A stretch of DNA of 64,000 nt from Sphingomonadaceae bacterium (GTDB lineage: Bacteria; Pseudomonadota; Alphaproteobacteria; Sphingomonadales; Sphingomonadaceae): NCBI GenBank assembly GCA_020630295.1, contig JAHDBR010000001.1, positions 67,620 to 131,619 on the forward strand. Reading direction: 5' to 3'. This document shows positions 1-8,969 of this stretch, piece by piece; within the stretch, counting starts at the first letter, position 1; each line of letters opens with the position of its first letter. Below the pieces are notes generated by a model that was given only the letters and a program-made list of their open reading frames with translations, did no database searches and had not been told where the DNA came from. The translations under genes were made by a program, and so were the position numbers.

Positions 1-117
1 TACAAGCCAGCCGTGCTTGAGAACGGCGTTCGCGTAATGGTGCCGCCACATATCGGCAGCGGAACGCGGATTATCGTTGATGTGTATGAGCGTACCTATG
101 TCGGGAAGGCGAGCTAA
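1..117 (+). CDS. efp: elongation factor P, C-terminal end (partial; N-terminus lies outside the window)
   Basis: Frame 1 reads [38 protein letters not shown], which resembles the EF-P C-terminal OB domain. It is shorter than 60 aa in-window, so it is absent from the ORF track. Confidence 0.7.
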   Translation, partial: YKPAVLENGVRVMVPPHIGSGTRIIVDVYERTYVGKAS

Positions 118-123
118 GACACC

Positions 124-945
124 ATGGCAGCTGTTTCTGGTCTAATCCGCGTGATGGAACGCGCCGCGCGTAAAGCAGGCCACCGCCTGCGACGCGATTT
201 CGGCGAAGTCGAGCATTTGCAAGTGAGCCGCAAGGGTCCGGCAGATTTCGTGTCGAAAGCCGATATGCGGTCCGAACGCACCCTGTATGACGAACTTCTG
301 GCCGCGCGCCCCGATTGGGGTTTCGTGCTGGAAGAAGCGGGCGTTATCGAAGGCGCTCCCGATATGCCCCGCTGGATCATTGATCCGCTCGACGGAACAA
401 GCAACTTTCTTCACGGTATCCCGCATTTCGCAATTTCAATCGCGGCGCAGGAACCCAAGCCGGGCGGGCAGGGCTGGGGCGATATTATCGGCTCGGTTAT
501 CTACAATCCCGTCACGGACGAAACATATTGGGCGGAGAAAAACCGCGGCGCATGGCTGCATGACGGCAGATTGCGTGTCTCCGCTCGCCGCGGATTGTCG
601 GACGCTTTGATTTCGACCGGTATCCCTTTCCAAGGGCACGGCAGCTTCACCGAATGGACCAAGATTTTCGGTGCGATCGGTCCGCAAGTCGCGGGTATCC
701 GGCGCAATGGTGCAGCCTCCCTCGATTTGGCTTGGCTGGCCGCAGGTCGTTACGACGGTTTCTGGGAAAGCGATCTGAATGATTGGGATACTGCCGCTGG
801 CTGCTTGCTGGTGCGTGAGGCGGGCGGATTTGTAAGCGATTATCGCGGGCGTTCCGAACCGATCCATTCGAAGCAGGTTCTGGCTGCGAACGATACGTTG
901 CACTCCAAACTGCACAAATTGCTGGCTGGTGCTTTAAAAGCCTGA
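124..945 (+). CDS. suhB: inositol monophosphatase family protein (SuhB-like)
   Basis: 273-aa ORF with the IMPase motifs WIIDPLDGTSNFLHG and WDTAAG. The efp-suhB neighbourhood is typical. Confidence 0.9.
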   Translation: MAAVSGLIRVMERAARKAGHRLRRDFGEVEHLQVSRKGPADFVSKADMRSERTLYDELLAARPDWGFVLEEAGVIEGAPDMPRWIIDPLDGTSNFLHGIPHFAISIAAQEPKPGGQGWGDIIGSVIYNPVTDETYWAEKNRGAWLHDGRLRVSARRGLSDALISTGIPFQGHGSFTEWTKIFGAIGPQVAGIRRNGAASLDLAWLAAGRYDGFWESDLNDWDTAAGCLLVREAGGFVSDYRGRSEPIHSKQVLAANDTLHSKLHKLLAGALKA

Positions 946-1037
946 CCGAAATCGCGGCAAAGCGAAATGTGTGCTTGAAGCGGCGCGCAGCACTCGCTAA
1001 GCCGCCCTCGCTCTCAAGAGCTTCCGCACGCCGGAAT

Positions 1038-1122
1038 GCCCCTGTGGTGGAATTGGTAGACGCGCTCGACTCAAAATCGAGTTCCTAACGGAGTGCCCGT
1101 TCGAGTCGGGCCAGGGGCACCA
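1038..1122 (+). tRNA. tRNA-Leu (anticodon CAA)
   Basis: 85-nt cloverleaf. Acceptor GCCCCTG/CAGGGGC; anticodon arm CTCGA-CTCAAAA-TCGAG; long variable arm; T-arm GCCCG-TTCGAGT-CGGGC; encoded CCA. Confidence 0.9.
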
Positions 1123-1229
1123 CCTTCTCATAGACTGATCACTGCTTTAGAACCCCGCCATGCGTCCTCCCGACAGGGACGCATGCGGTGGGCGCTCGCG
1201 AGCGTGTAGGTTGAGATCGGGAGAACAGC

Positions 1230-1991
1230 GTGTTGCCAGCTATCAAAGCTGTCCAAGAACATTACGGACCGGACCAGCATTACCAATATGCGCAGGATGA
1301 CGATCTGCGATCTGACCAGCGCCGCATCGCTTCCATTGTCGGCACCATTGCAATCGGCTTGCCGGTCATCGTGGGTGCGCTTGGATGGTACTTCGGGAAT
1401 TTCAGGGATTCGCTCAGCGATTATTATTACGAGGTCTATCTGGCAGGAGACATATTTGTCGGAAGTCTGATTTTCATTGGCGCGCTAATGACGGTCTATC
1501 GCGGCTGGGCCGGATCGGTTGCTTGGCTTGCGACAATCGCCGGCATTCTGTCCTGCATTGTTGCTATATTCCCTGCACGCGGGTGGATCAGTGCAACGCC
1601 GCGCTGGGAGATGCTAAACAGCCTGTCTCCGCATATCCACGGCTACGCTGCACTGGCGCTGTTTCTGATTTTGGCATTCTTCTGCCTGTTCATTTTTTCC
1701 AAGGTGAACGATGGACAGCATTTGGATGCAAGCGACCATGTGCAATCCAGTAAGCGTGTGCGAAACCTGATCTACCGGGCGTCGGGAACAATCATTCTGC
1801 TTTCGCTTGCGGCCGTCATCGCCGGTTTCTGGATTGACGAGGTGTGGGCGAGGGAAGCCAATTTGACCTTCTGGGCAGAAGCCGCTGCGCTGATCGCATT
1901 TGGCGTATCGTGGCTAACCCATGGCCGCATTTTCTACACCGTCCCGCTCGTCATGGACGAAGCAGACAAGCGCGCTGCTCATTCTGCGTAA
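1230..1991 (+). CDS. hypothetical polytopic membrane protein
   Basis: 253-aa ORF with a GTG start 6 nt after GGGAGA. It has about 6 hydrophobic helices. I recognise no family. Confidence 0.6.
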   Translation: MLPAIKAVQEHYGPDQHYQYAQDDDLRSDQRRIASIVGTIAIGLPVIVGALGWYFGNFRDSLSDYYYEVYLAGDIFVGSLIFIGALMTVYRGWAGSVAWLATIAGILSCIVAIFPARGWISATPRWEMLNSLSPHIHGYAALALFLILAFFCLFIFSKVNDGQHLDASDHVQSSKRVRNLIYRASGTIILLSLAAVIAGFWIDEVWAREANLTFWAEAAALIAFGVSWLTHGRIFYTVPLVMDEADKRAAHSA

Positions 1992-1997
1992 AGCGAA

Positions 1998-3050
1998 TCA
2001 AGGCACATCAATCGAAATCTTGATGACCCCCTCATCGCGGCTATCGAACAGACGGTAAGCTTCCGCGCCTTCCGACAAATTGAAACTGTGCGAGAATAAA
2101 TCCGGCGCGGTAATGCGTCCTTGCTGCACCAGTGGCACGAGATGCGGCCAGGTTTCCTGAACCTGGCATATTCCGCCGCGAACGGTGATATTCTTGAACA
2201 TGATGAGCGGCATGGACAGCGCGTCGGACGGCTGCGGGATGCCAATAAAAGATGCTGTCCCGCCGCGTGCGGTGAGGGGGAGCACTGCCGCAATTGCGCC
2301 CGATGCGCCGGAGGCTTCGAACACGGATTGCGCGCCCGCACCCTTGGTGTGTTCAAGCACCTTGGCGATTGCGTCTTCGGCGGGGTTCAATGCAATCGCC
2401 CCGAGCTTTGCCGCCATATCTCTTCGCGCCGCCACAGGATCAATTGCGAAAACCTGTGATGCGCCGAGAATGAATGCGAGTTCAACCCCGATTAACCCGA
2501 TAGGCCCAAGCCCTACCACGGCGACGGTTCCGCCCGGCTGAACATCGGACCGCGTCAGTCCAAAATATGCGGTTGTCATGGCGTCAGTCAGCAGCAGGGC
2601 CTGTTCGTCCGTAAATGCCCCTTCTGTTGCCAAGAGCGTCGTGTCGGCATTGGGGATGCAGACATACTCCGCCTGACCGCCGTTCAATGACGGCCCGATA
2701 CCGAAAGCAGTGGAAACGCGGCACTTGAGCGGCTTCCCGACAAGGCACGCAGGGCAATTGCCGCAGCCTGTTCCGCCCGCAGACAGAACTTTGTCGCCCG
2801 TTTTGAAAGTATGGACGTCCGCGCCGGTTTCTACGACCTCACCGATGAATTCATGCCCGGTGCAAAAGGTCGGGCTGTCCTCGCCATATTCGGTCTTACC
2901 GATTGTATCGCCGTGATACATATGAAGATCGGAACCGCAGATAGAACATTTGCTCACCTTCAGGATCGCGCTGTTCGGTGTTCGCAATTCGGGGTCCGCA
3001 AAAGTTTCATAGCGGATATCGCGCGGGCCGTGAAATACGAGAGCTTTCAT
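1998..3050 (-). CDS. zinc-dependent alcohol dehydrogenase (MDR superfamily)
   Basis: 350 aa. Catalytic-Zn motif CGSDLHMYHG, structural-Zn cluster GCGNCPAC, and Rossmann motif VVGLGPIG. Confidence 0.9.
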   Translation of the reverse strand: MKALVFHGPRDIRYETFADPELRTPNSAILKVSKCSICGSDLHMYHGDTIGKTEYGEDSPTFCTGHEFIGEVVETGADVHTFKTGDKVLSAGGTGCGNCPACLVGKPLKCRVSTAFGIGPSLNGGQAEYVCIPNADTTLLATEGAFTDEQALLLTDAMTTAYFGLTRSDVQPGGTVAVVGLGPIGLIGVELAFILGASQVFAIDPVAARRDMAAKLGAIALNPAEDAIAKVLEHTKGAGAQSVFEASGASGAIAAVLPLTARGGTASFIGIPQPSDALSMPLIMFKNITVRGGICQVQETWPHLVPLVQQGRITAPDLFSHSFNLSEGAEAYRLFDSRDEGVIKISIDVP

Positions 3051-3184
3051 TGCAAATCCTTTGCCTGTCTTGCGGCTACGCTAGCAGCACTGCGCCGCAA
3101 GTCTAACAATCCGCACAAATCGCGAGACGCTGGACGGAATTTACTTGTAATTATGGGGCGCAAATGGGATTCAGCGCAGCTTAG

Positions 3185-4984
3185 ATGATAGAACTCCCTT
3201 CATTCCACGCGATTGCAGCGATGCTCGTCACGATAGCGATGTTCGTCGGCTTTGTGCGCGGACGCATGACTATCGAGATTGTCTCGCTTCTAACAATCGC
3301 AGTTATCGCGGTTGGCCTCTATTTTTTCCCGCTTCCCGGTAACGATCCGACGGACGGACTGGTGCTCGCTTTTGCGGGGTTTGGCCATTACGCGCTGATT
3401 ACCATTTGTGCTCTTATGGTGATGGGGCGGGGTTTGGTGGTCACCGGCGCGCTGGAGCCGGCCGCGCGTTTGTTGGAGACAGTGTTTAAAAAGAACTTGC
3501 AGCTCGGCTTGCTCGTTTCCCTGTTTATCGCATTCTTCCTGTCAATGGGTGTCAATAACACCCCCGTTCTCGTGTTGATGATTCCGATTTTCGCGGCACT
3601 GGCTGCGCGCGGTGCATTGCCGACATCCAAAACGTTGATCCCGCTGAACGCGGCGTCCCTGCTGGGCGGCTTGGCGACGACGATAGGCACGTCGACCAAT
3701 ATTCTGGTTGTTTCGATTGCCGTCGATCTGGGGATGGAGCGTATGGGCGTGTTCCACTTCACCCCGATTGTGTTGGCCGCCTCTTTAGTAGCGCTGCCCT
3801 ATATCTGGCTGGTGATGCCGCGGCTGCTTGATGATAACCGGGTAGAAGAACAGCACGCGGAACGGCGCTTCCAGTCAAGGCTTCGGATCGGGTCGGACAG
3901 CGCGTTAATAGGTCAGGAATTGTCCGCACTGCTGCCGAAATTGCCGGACGGGATTGAGTTTCATGACGCGCCGAATGGCCCGATTGAGCAGCAAATGCGG
4001 CTCAAAATTTCGGGCACACACGAGGCCCTTGAAGAAGCAATGCGCACCCTGCGCGGCGAGGTTGCGCCGACATGGGTTCTTGACCGCATCCGCAGGAAAT
4101 CTTCCGAGGCTAAGCAGGATATCATCGTGGTCGAAATGACCGTGACTGCCGATTCCCGTTTGTTAAGCCGGACCCTTACGACATCGGGCATTGCTGATAT
4201 TCACGGGGTGGCCGTGTTGGGTATTCACCGCCCGGACCGCATTCTCGGCGAAAAAGACAAGCTGGGTGAAAGCGGCGATCTGCGTATTGCAGAGGGCGAT
4301 GTACTGCTCGTCATGGGACTGCAGGACGATTTGCAGAACTTTGCTCGGTCGGACAGCCTGCTAATGCTCGAAGGTGCGCGAGAATTGCCGCGCCGTTCCA
4401 AGGCATTGCTTGCAGCGGGTATCATGGGCTTTGCTGTAGGCACTGCCTCCATCGGTATTTTCCCGATTGCCATTTCCGCGCTAGCTGGCGCAATCCTGAT
4501 GTTCCTGACTGGCTGTGTGAAATTTGACCGGGTAGGGCGCGCCCTTTCCGCACAGGTCATTGTACTGGTGGCCGCCAGTATTGCGATCGGCCGCATTATC
4601 CTGGAAAGCGGGGCTGCTGAATGGCTGGGCCTATTGATGTCATCGGGACTGCAATATTTGCCGGCAGCAGGCGTGCTAGCGGCGATCATGCTGTTTGTTA
4701 CCGTTCTGACCAACTTTGCCTCCAACGCGACTGCCGCGACGGTTGGTACGCCGATTGCGTTTGCGATTGCCGCGCAGCTGCAATTGCCGCCGGAGCCGCT
4801 CATTCTCGCCGTGCTGTTCGGCTGTAACCTGTGTTACGCAACACCCATCGCATATCAGACCAACATGCTGATCATGGCAGAGGGAAGCTACGAGTTTAAA
4901 GATTATGTCAGGACAGGCTTACCGCTAGTCCTGCTGATGGTCACGACACTCTCGATCTTGTTGGTGATGTCGTACGGATTGTAA
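3185..4984 (+). CDS. SLC13/DASS-family permease with central TrkA-C (RCK_C) domains
   Basis: 599 aa with two hydrophobic halves flanking two soluble RCK_C-like segments (one reads ...DLRIAEGDVLLVMG...). Confidence 0.8.
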   Translation: MIELPSFHAIAAMLVTIAMFVGFVRGRMTIEIVSLLTIAVIAVGLYFFPLPGNDPTDGLVLAFAGFGHYALITICALMVMGRGLVVTGALEPAARLLETVFKKNLQLGLLVSLFIAFFLSMGVNNTPVLVLMIPIFAALAARGALPTSKTLIPLNAASLLGGLATTIGTSTNILVVSIAVDLGMERMGVFHFTPIVLAASLVALPYIWLVMPRLLDDNRVEEQHAERRFQSRLRIGSDSALIGQELSALLPKLPDGIEFHDAPNGPIEQQMRLKISGTHEALEEAMRTLRGEVAPTWVLDRIRRKSSEAKQDIIVVEMTVTADSRLLSRTLTTSGIADIHGVAVLGIHRPDRILGEKDKLGESGDLRIAEGDVLLVMGLQDDLQNFARSDSLLMLEGARELPRRSKALLAAGIMGFAVGTASIGIFPIAISALAGAILMFLTGCVKFDRVGRALSAQVIVLVAASIAIGRIILESGAAEWLGLLMSSGLQYLPAAGVLAAIMLFVTVLTNFASNATAATVGTPIAFAIAAQLQLPPEPLILAVLFGCNLCYATPIAYQTNMLIMAEGSYEFKDYVRTGLPLVLLMVTTLSILLVMSYGL

Positions 4985-5019
4985 GCGCGCTGCTGAATGC
5001 GTGAATGAGGGGAAACGAA

Positions 5020-6345
5020 ATGCTCAAGAAACTGTTGCTCGCTGGTGCAGCGCTTACGGTTGCTTCCACGCCGGTTCATGCAAACGAGCTGCGCGATGCC
5101 GTTTCGGAAGATATGCCCGGGTTGATGGAGCTCTACCGCGACCTTCATGCGAACCCCGAATTGAGCTTTCAAGAAGTAGAGACTGCTGCGAAGCTTGCTG
5201 CTCGCGCCCGCGCCCTCGGCTTTGAAGTGACCGAGCAAGTGGGAAAAACCGGTGTTGTCGCTGTTATGCGCAACGGGGACGGGCCGACAGTGATGTTGCG
5301 CGCGGATATGGACGGGCTGCCGCTCGTGGAGAAAACCGGTTTGCCATATGCTTCGAAGCGGACCGCCATTCCGGCATCAGGCGTAGAAACCGGCGTAATG
5401 CACGCTTGCGGGCATGACACACATATGGCGGCATGGATTGGTACTGCGCAGCTTTTGAGTGAGCGCAAGGATGAGTGGCAGGGGACACTTGTCATGATCT
5501 TGCAGCCCGCCGAGGAGATCGGTGAGGGCGCGCTGGCTATGCTGGAAGACGGTCTGTACACGCGCTTTCCGAAGCCGGACTATGTTCTGGGCTTCCATGA
5601 TGCGGCGCAATTCCCGGCGGGGATGATTGGTTATTCACCCGGCTATGCTTTGGCGAATGTCGATAGCGTAGATATTACCGTACCGGGCTTGGGCGGCCAC
5701 GGCGCCTATCCGCATACCACAAAAGACCCGATTGTGTTGGCGAGTGCGATAGTCATGCGCCTGCAAACGCTGGTCAGTCGTGAGAGCAGCCCGCTTGATC
5801 CTGCGGTGGTGACTGTTGGCAGTTTCCATGCAGGGTATAAACACAATATCATCTCGGACGAGGCGAAGTTGCAACTGACCGTGCGTAGTTATTCGGACGA
5901 ATCGCGCCAACTTCTTCTGGACGGAATCAAGCGCATCGCGCGCGGTGAGGCGATTACTGCTGGAATGCCCGAAGACCGGATGCCTACGGTGACGGTGCAG
6001 GACCCATATACGCCTTCGACCTATAACACGCCTGAATTCACCGAGAATGTCATGGCCGATTTGAGCGTTCGCTTCGGAGAGGACCGCGTGATGAAGGTCC
6101 CATCTGTGATGGGCGGGGAAGATTTCGGGCAATTCTACCGCGCGGATCCCGACAATATTGAATCGCTCATTTTCTGGGTCGGCGGTGTTCCCGCAGAAGA
6201 CTTCCAAAAGGCTGAGGCGGGTGAAATCAAGTTGCCGTCATTGCACAGCCCGTTCTGGGCACCGGATGCAGAAAAGGTGATCGGAACAGCTACAGAAGCG
6301 ATGAGTAGCACCACGCTGCGATTGCTAGCGCCTGCCAGCTCCTAA
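5020..6345 (+). CDS. M20/M20D-family amidohydrolase (hippurate hydrolase-like), secreted
   Basis: Start moved to ATG 5020, preceded by GAGGGGA. Signal peptide MLKKLLLAGAALTVASTPVHA; M20D motifs MHACGHDTH and GGHGAYPH. Confidence 0.85.
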   Translation: MLKKLLLAGAALTVASTPVHANELRDAVSEDMPGLMELYRDLHANPELSFQEVETAAKLAARARALGFEVTEQVGKTGVVAVMRNGDGPTVMLRADMDGLPLVEKTGLPYASKRTAIPASGVETGVMHACGHDTHMAAWIGTAQLLSERKDEWQGTLVMILQPAEEIGEGALAMLEDGLYTRFPKPDYVLGFHDAAQFPAGMIGYSPGYALANVDSVDITVPGLGGHGAYPHTTKDPIVLASAIVMRLQTLVSRESSPLDPAVVTVGSFHAGYKHNIISDEAKLQLTVRSYSDESRQLLLDGIKRIARGEAITAGMPEDRMPTVTVQDPYTPSTYNTPEFTENVMADLSVRFGEDRVMKVPSVMGGEDFGQFYRADPDNIESLIFWVGGVPAEDFQKAEAGEIKLPSLHSPFWAPDAEKVIGTATEAMSSTTLRLLAPASS

Positions 6346-6869
6346 GGAGTATAATCCAGCATTTCGCCGCTGCCACCTGCGCGGATTGCAGATGCGCTCA
6401 TCGCGCGTTTGGCGGTCTCTGTGTTTTGCATCCCGCCTGCGCGGATGGCTGCAAGAATGGCAGCTTTCTCCTCTGGAGACATCCGGTCAAACTCTTCTCT
6501 GGAGATGCCCAACTTGGCAAGCTCATTACGGCCAGCCTGACTGCTCAATGTCGAATTATCCGACAATCCGGCAGGTGTGATGCTTGAACTATAGCCTGCT
6601 TCGCTTCCTGCGCCGCCAACGCCTCCGTAGAAGCCCGCCAAGTCGCCGCCAGCCCCGCCGCCAGCGTCTTTCCTGACAATGAGGGTGGGCGGCTTCTTCG
6701 GAGCGTCAGGTATTTCGGCGCTGCGGACTTCCTCGGCAATCACTTCGCGCTTTTCTTCGTCAGCAAACAAGGCGACTGCTGCCGTGAGGCAAACGGTAAT
6801 CATGGCAAAATGCTTGTACATTTTGACGTTCATTGCAGATGATTTTGATTTCCGTGCCATGCCCCGCAT
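6342..6869 (-). CDS. hypothetical Gly/Ala-rich protein with an N-terminal membrane anchor or signal
   Basis: 175-aa ORF with hydrophobic segment FAMITVCLTAAVALFA. No recognised family, and the start codon is uncertain. Confidence 0.45.
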   Translation of the reverse strand: MRGMARKSKSSAMNVKMYKHFAMITVCLTAAVALFADEEKREVIAEEVRSAEIPDAPKKPPTLIVRKDAGGGAGGDLAGFYGGVGGAGSEAGYSSSITPAGLSDNSTLSSQAGRNELAKLGISREEFDRMSPEEKAAILAAIRAGGMQNTETAKRAMSASAIRAGGSGEMLDYTP

Positions 6870-6921
6870 TTAGGGCACAGCTGTTAATTCCAGTCTCCGA
6901 TATATGGTTACCGGCAGCTTA

Positions 6922-6983
6922 CCAAAAAGATTAACGGCCGCCGGAGTGGGGACTCCAGCGGCCGTTTCTCCTCCCCAGGAGAA
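6922..6983 (-). terminator. double stem-loop intrinsic terminator ending the aceA / small-ORF transcript
   Basis: Minus strand reads TTCTCCTggggAGGAGAA, then ACGGCCGCTGGAGTccccACTCCGGCGGCCGT (14-bp stem with 1 mismatch), followed by TAATCTTTTT. Confidence 0.65.
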
Positions 6984-6996
6984 CTCATAATTCGGG

Positions 6997-7170
6997 TTAG
7001 CTGTAAGTGCCGAGCCGGTGGTGCAAGGCATTGATTTTCGCAAGTTCTTCGCGGTCATCGGTTGTCTTGGCATGGCTCGCAAGAGCGGTGCGCAGCAGTT
7101 TAAAATCTGCTGTCGAAAGAAGTGCACGTGCGCGGCCAGGCTCGTTTTGCTTTGTTTCTGTATCAGTCAT
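6997..7170 (-). CDS. small hypothetical protein (57 aa) co-transcribed with aceA
   Basis: ATG 7170 lies 7 nt after GAGGAG. Hand translation: MTDTETKQNEPGRARALLSTADFKLLRTALASHAKTTDDREELAKINALHHRLGTYS*. The terminator follows this ORF rather than aceA. It falls below the 60-aa cutoff of the ORF track. Confidence 0.5.
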   Translation of the reverse strand: MTDTETKQNEPGRARALLSTADFKLLRTALASHAKTTDDREELAKINALHHRLGTYS

Positions 7171-7215
7171 GACAAATCTCCTCAGAGTGTCGTTGATATG
7201 CAGTCGATCAGGCGG

Positions 7216-8814
7216 TTAGGCCGCTGCAAATTGGTTCATCGTATTATTGGCGCCGCCCGCTTTCAGCGCGGCTTCACCAGCGAATGCTTCCTTATGGTCG
7301 TCGCCAATGTCGCTGCCGGACATATTCTGGTGCTTCACACAAGCGATGCCTTCGCGGATTTCCTTGCGCTGGACGCCTTTGACATAGCCGAGCATTCCCT
7401 CGTCACCGAAGTACTCCTTCGCCAGATTGTCAGTGCTCAGTGCAGCGGTATGATATGTAGGCAATGTGATCAGGTGGTGGAAAATTCCCGCCTGTGCAGC
7501 CGCATCGCGCTGGAAGGTGCGGATTTTCTCATCCGCTTCCGCCGCCAGTTCGGTGCCGTCATAATCCACGCTCATCAGTCCGTCGCGGTCATAATCGGAC
7601 ATATCTTTGCCGGCTTCTGCCCAGGCATCATACACCTGCTGGCGGAAGTTCAGCGTCCAGTTGAAGCTTGGCGAGTTATTATACACCAGCTTCGCATTCG
7701 GAATGACTTCGCGGATACGGTCAACCATTCCGCCGATCTGGCCGATATGCGGCTTTTCGGTTTCGATCCAAAGCAGGTCAGCACCGTTCTGCAGCGATGT
7801 GATAGAGTCGAGAACACAGCGATCTTCTCCGGTACCAGCGCGGAACTGGAACAGGTTCGATGGCAGGCGCTTGGGACGTAGCAATTTGCCTTCGCGGCTC
7901 AGGAATACGTCACCGTTCTGGATGTCCGAAGGATCAATCTCTTCGCAATCAAGGAAGCTGTTATATTGGTCGCCCAGATCGCCCTCTTCCTTCGTGACAG
8001 CGATTTGCTTGGTCAGACCAGCACCAAGCGAGTCGGTGCGAGCCACGATGATGCCGTCCTCGACACCTAGCTCAAGAAAAGCATAGCGGATGGCGCGGAT
8101 CTTCTGCAGGAAATCTTCATGCGGAACGGTAACTTTGCCGTCTTGGTGACCGCATTGTTTTTCGTCCGAAACCTGATTTTCGATTTGCAGCGCGCATGCG
8201 CCAGCCTCGATCATCTTTTTCGCAAGCAAATAGGTCGCCTCTGCATTGCCGAAGCCCGCATCAATATCGGCGATAATCGGAACAACGTGTGTTTCGTAAT
8301 TGTCGATTTCATGCTCGATGCGCTTTGCTTCAACCTGATCGCCAGCTTCGCGCGCGGCATCAAGATCGCGGAACATTCCGCCCAATTCGCGGGCATCTGC
8401 CTGCTTCAGGAACGTGTAGAGTTCCTCGATCAGCGCAGGGACGCTGGTTTTTTCGTGCATGGATTGGTCGGGCAGGGGGCCAAACTCGCTACGCAGTGCG
8501 GCAACCATCCAGCCAGACAGATACAGGTAACGTTGCTTCGTTCCGCCGAAATGCTTCTTGATCGAAATCATCTTCTGCTGCGCGATAAACCCGTGCCAGC
8601 AGCCGAGCGACTGCGTGTACTTCGCAGGGTCGGCATCATATGCATCCATATCATCGCGCATAATCTTTGCAGTGTAGCGAGCAATATCAATGCCGGTGTT
8701 GAAACGGTTTTGCAGCTGCATCCGCGCCGCTGTTTCAGCATCGATCGCATTCCAGGGCGATCCTTGGCCAGCGATTGTGTTGTTCAGCTCTGTAATTTTT
8801 CCTTGGTACGTCAT
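7216..8814 (-). CDS. aceA: isocitrate lyase (long, about 530-aa Pseudomonas-type)
   Basis: 532 aa with active-site EKQCGHQDGK. By eye it is near-colinear with P. aeruginosa AceA (recalled from memory). Confidence 0.95.
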   Translation of the reverse strand: MTYQGKITELNNTIAGQGSPWNAIDAETAARMQLQNRFNTGIDIARYTAKIMRDDMDAYDADPAKYTQSLGCWHGFIAQQKMISIKKHFGGTKQRYLYLSGWMVAALRSEFGPLPDQSMHEKTSVPALIEELYTFLKQADARELGGMFRDLDAAREAGDQVEAKRIEHEIDNYETHVVPIIADIDAGFGNAEATYLLAKKMIEAGACALQIENQVSDEKQCGHQDGKVTVPHEDFLQKIRAIRYAFLELGVEDGIIVARTDSLGAGLTKQIAVTKEEGDLGDQYNSFLDCEEIDPSDIQNGDVFLSREGKLLRPKRLPSNLFQFRAGTGEDRCVLDSITSLQNGADLLWIETEKPHIGQIGGMVDRIREVIPNAKLVYNNSPSFNWTLNFRQQVYDAWAEAGKDMSDYDRDGLMSVDYDGTELAAEADEKIRTFQRDAAAQAGIFHHLITLPTYHTAALSTDNLAKEYFGDEGMLGYVKGVQRKEIREGIACVKHQNMSGSDIGDDHKEAFAGEAALKAGGANNTMNQFAAA

Positions 8815-8969
8815 GGGGAGGCTCCAAAATTCAAGTGTGGTGGCGCAAGCGCCTTGCCTGATCCTTTTGCCTCACAGGAACGGACAACAACAGGAAAACT
8901 TACAAACTTTATTGTCTTTTAGGCCGCTTTGAGCCATATTGGCGTGTAATGTTGTAAAGAAAGTGACAA

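Noticed and set aside
1038-1991. tRNA-Leu as a possible genomic-island integration site
   Set aside because: There is no integrase, no visible direct repeat of the tRNA 3' end, and no compositional break. The downstream genes look like ordinary chromosomal genes.
6966-6983. Plus-strand CUCCUCCCC motif resembling anti-SD loops of alphaproteobacterial sRNAs
   Set aside because: I found no plausible plus-strand promoter upstream. The element is fully explained as the first stem-loop of the minus-strand aceA-operon terminator.
6870-7127. 85-aa minus-strand ORF from the track, downstream of aceA
   Set aside because: It has no SD, and it reads straight through both terminator hairpins and the T-tract (6922-6983). 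The alternative 57-aa frame (6997-7170) has a strong SD and stops before the terminator.
7018-8922. Long plus-strand ORFs (287 aa at 7018-7881, 159 aa at 7607-8086, 267 aa at 8119-8922) antisense to aceA
   Set aside because: They lie entirely opposite a very well supported isocitrate lyase gene. Their products have low-complexity, Arg/Cys-rich composition with no motifs. These are typical shadow ORFs of GC-rich coding DNA.
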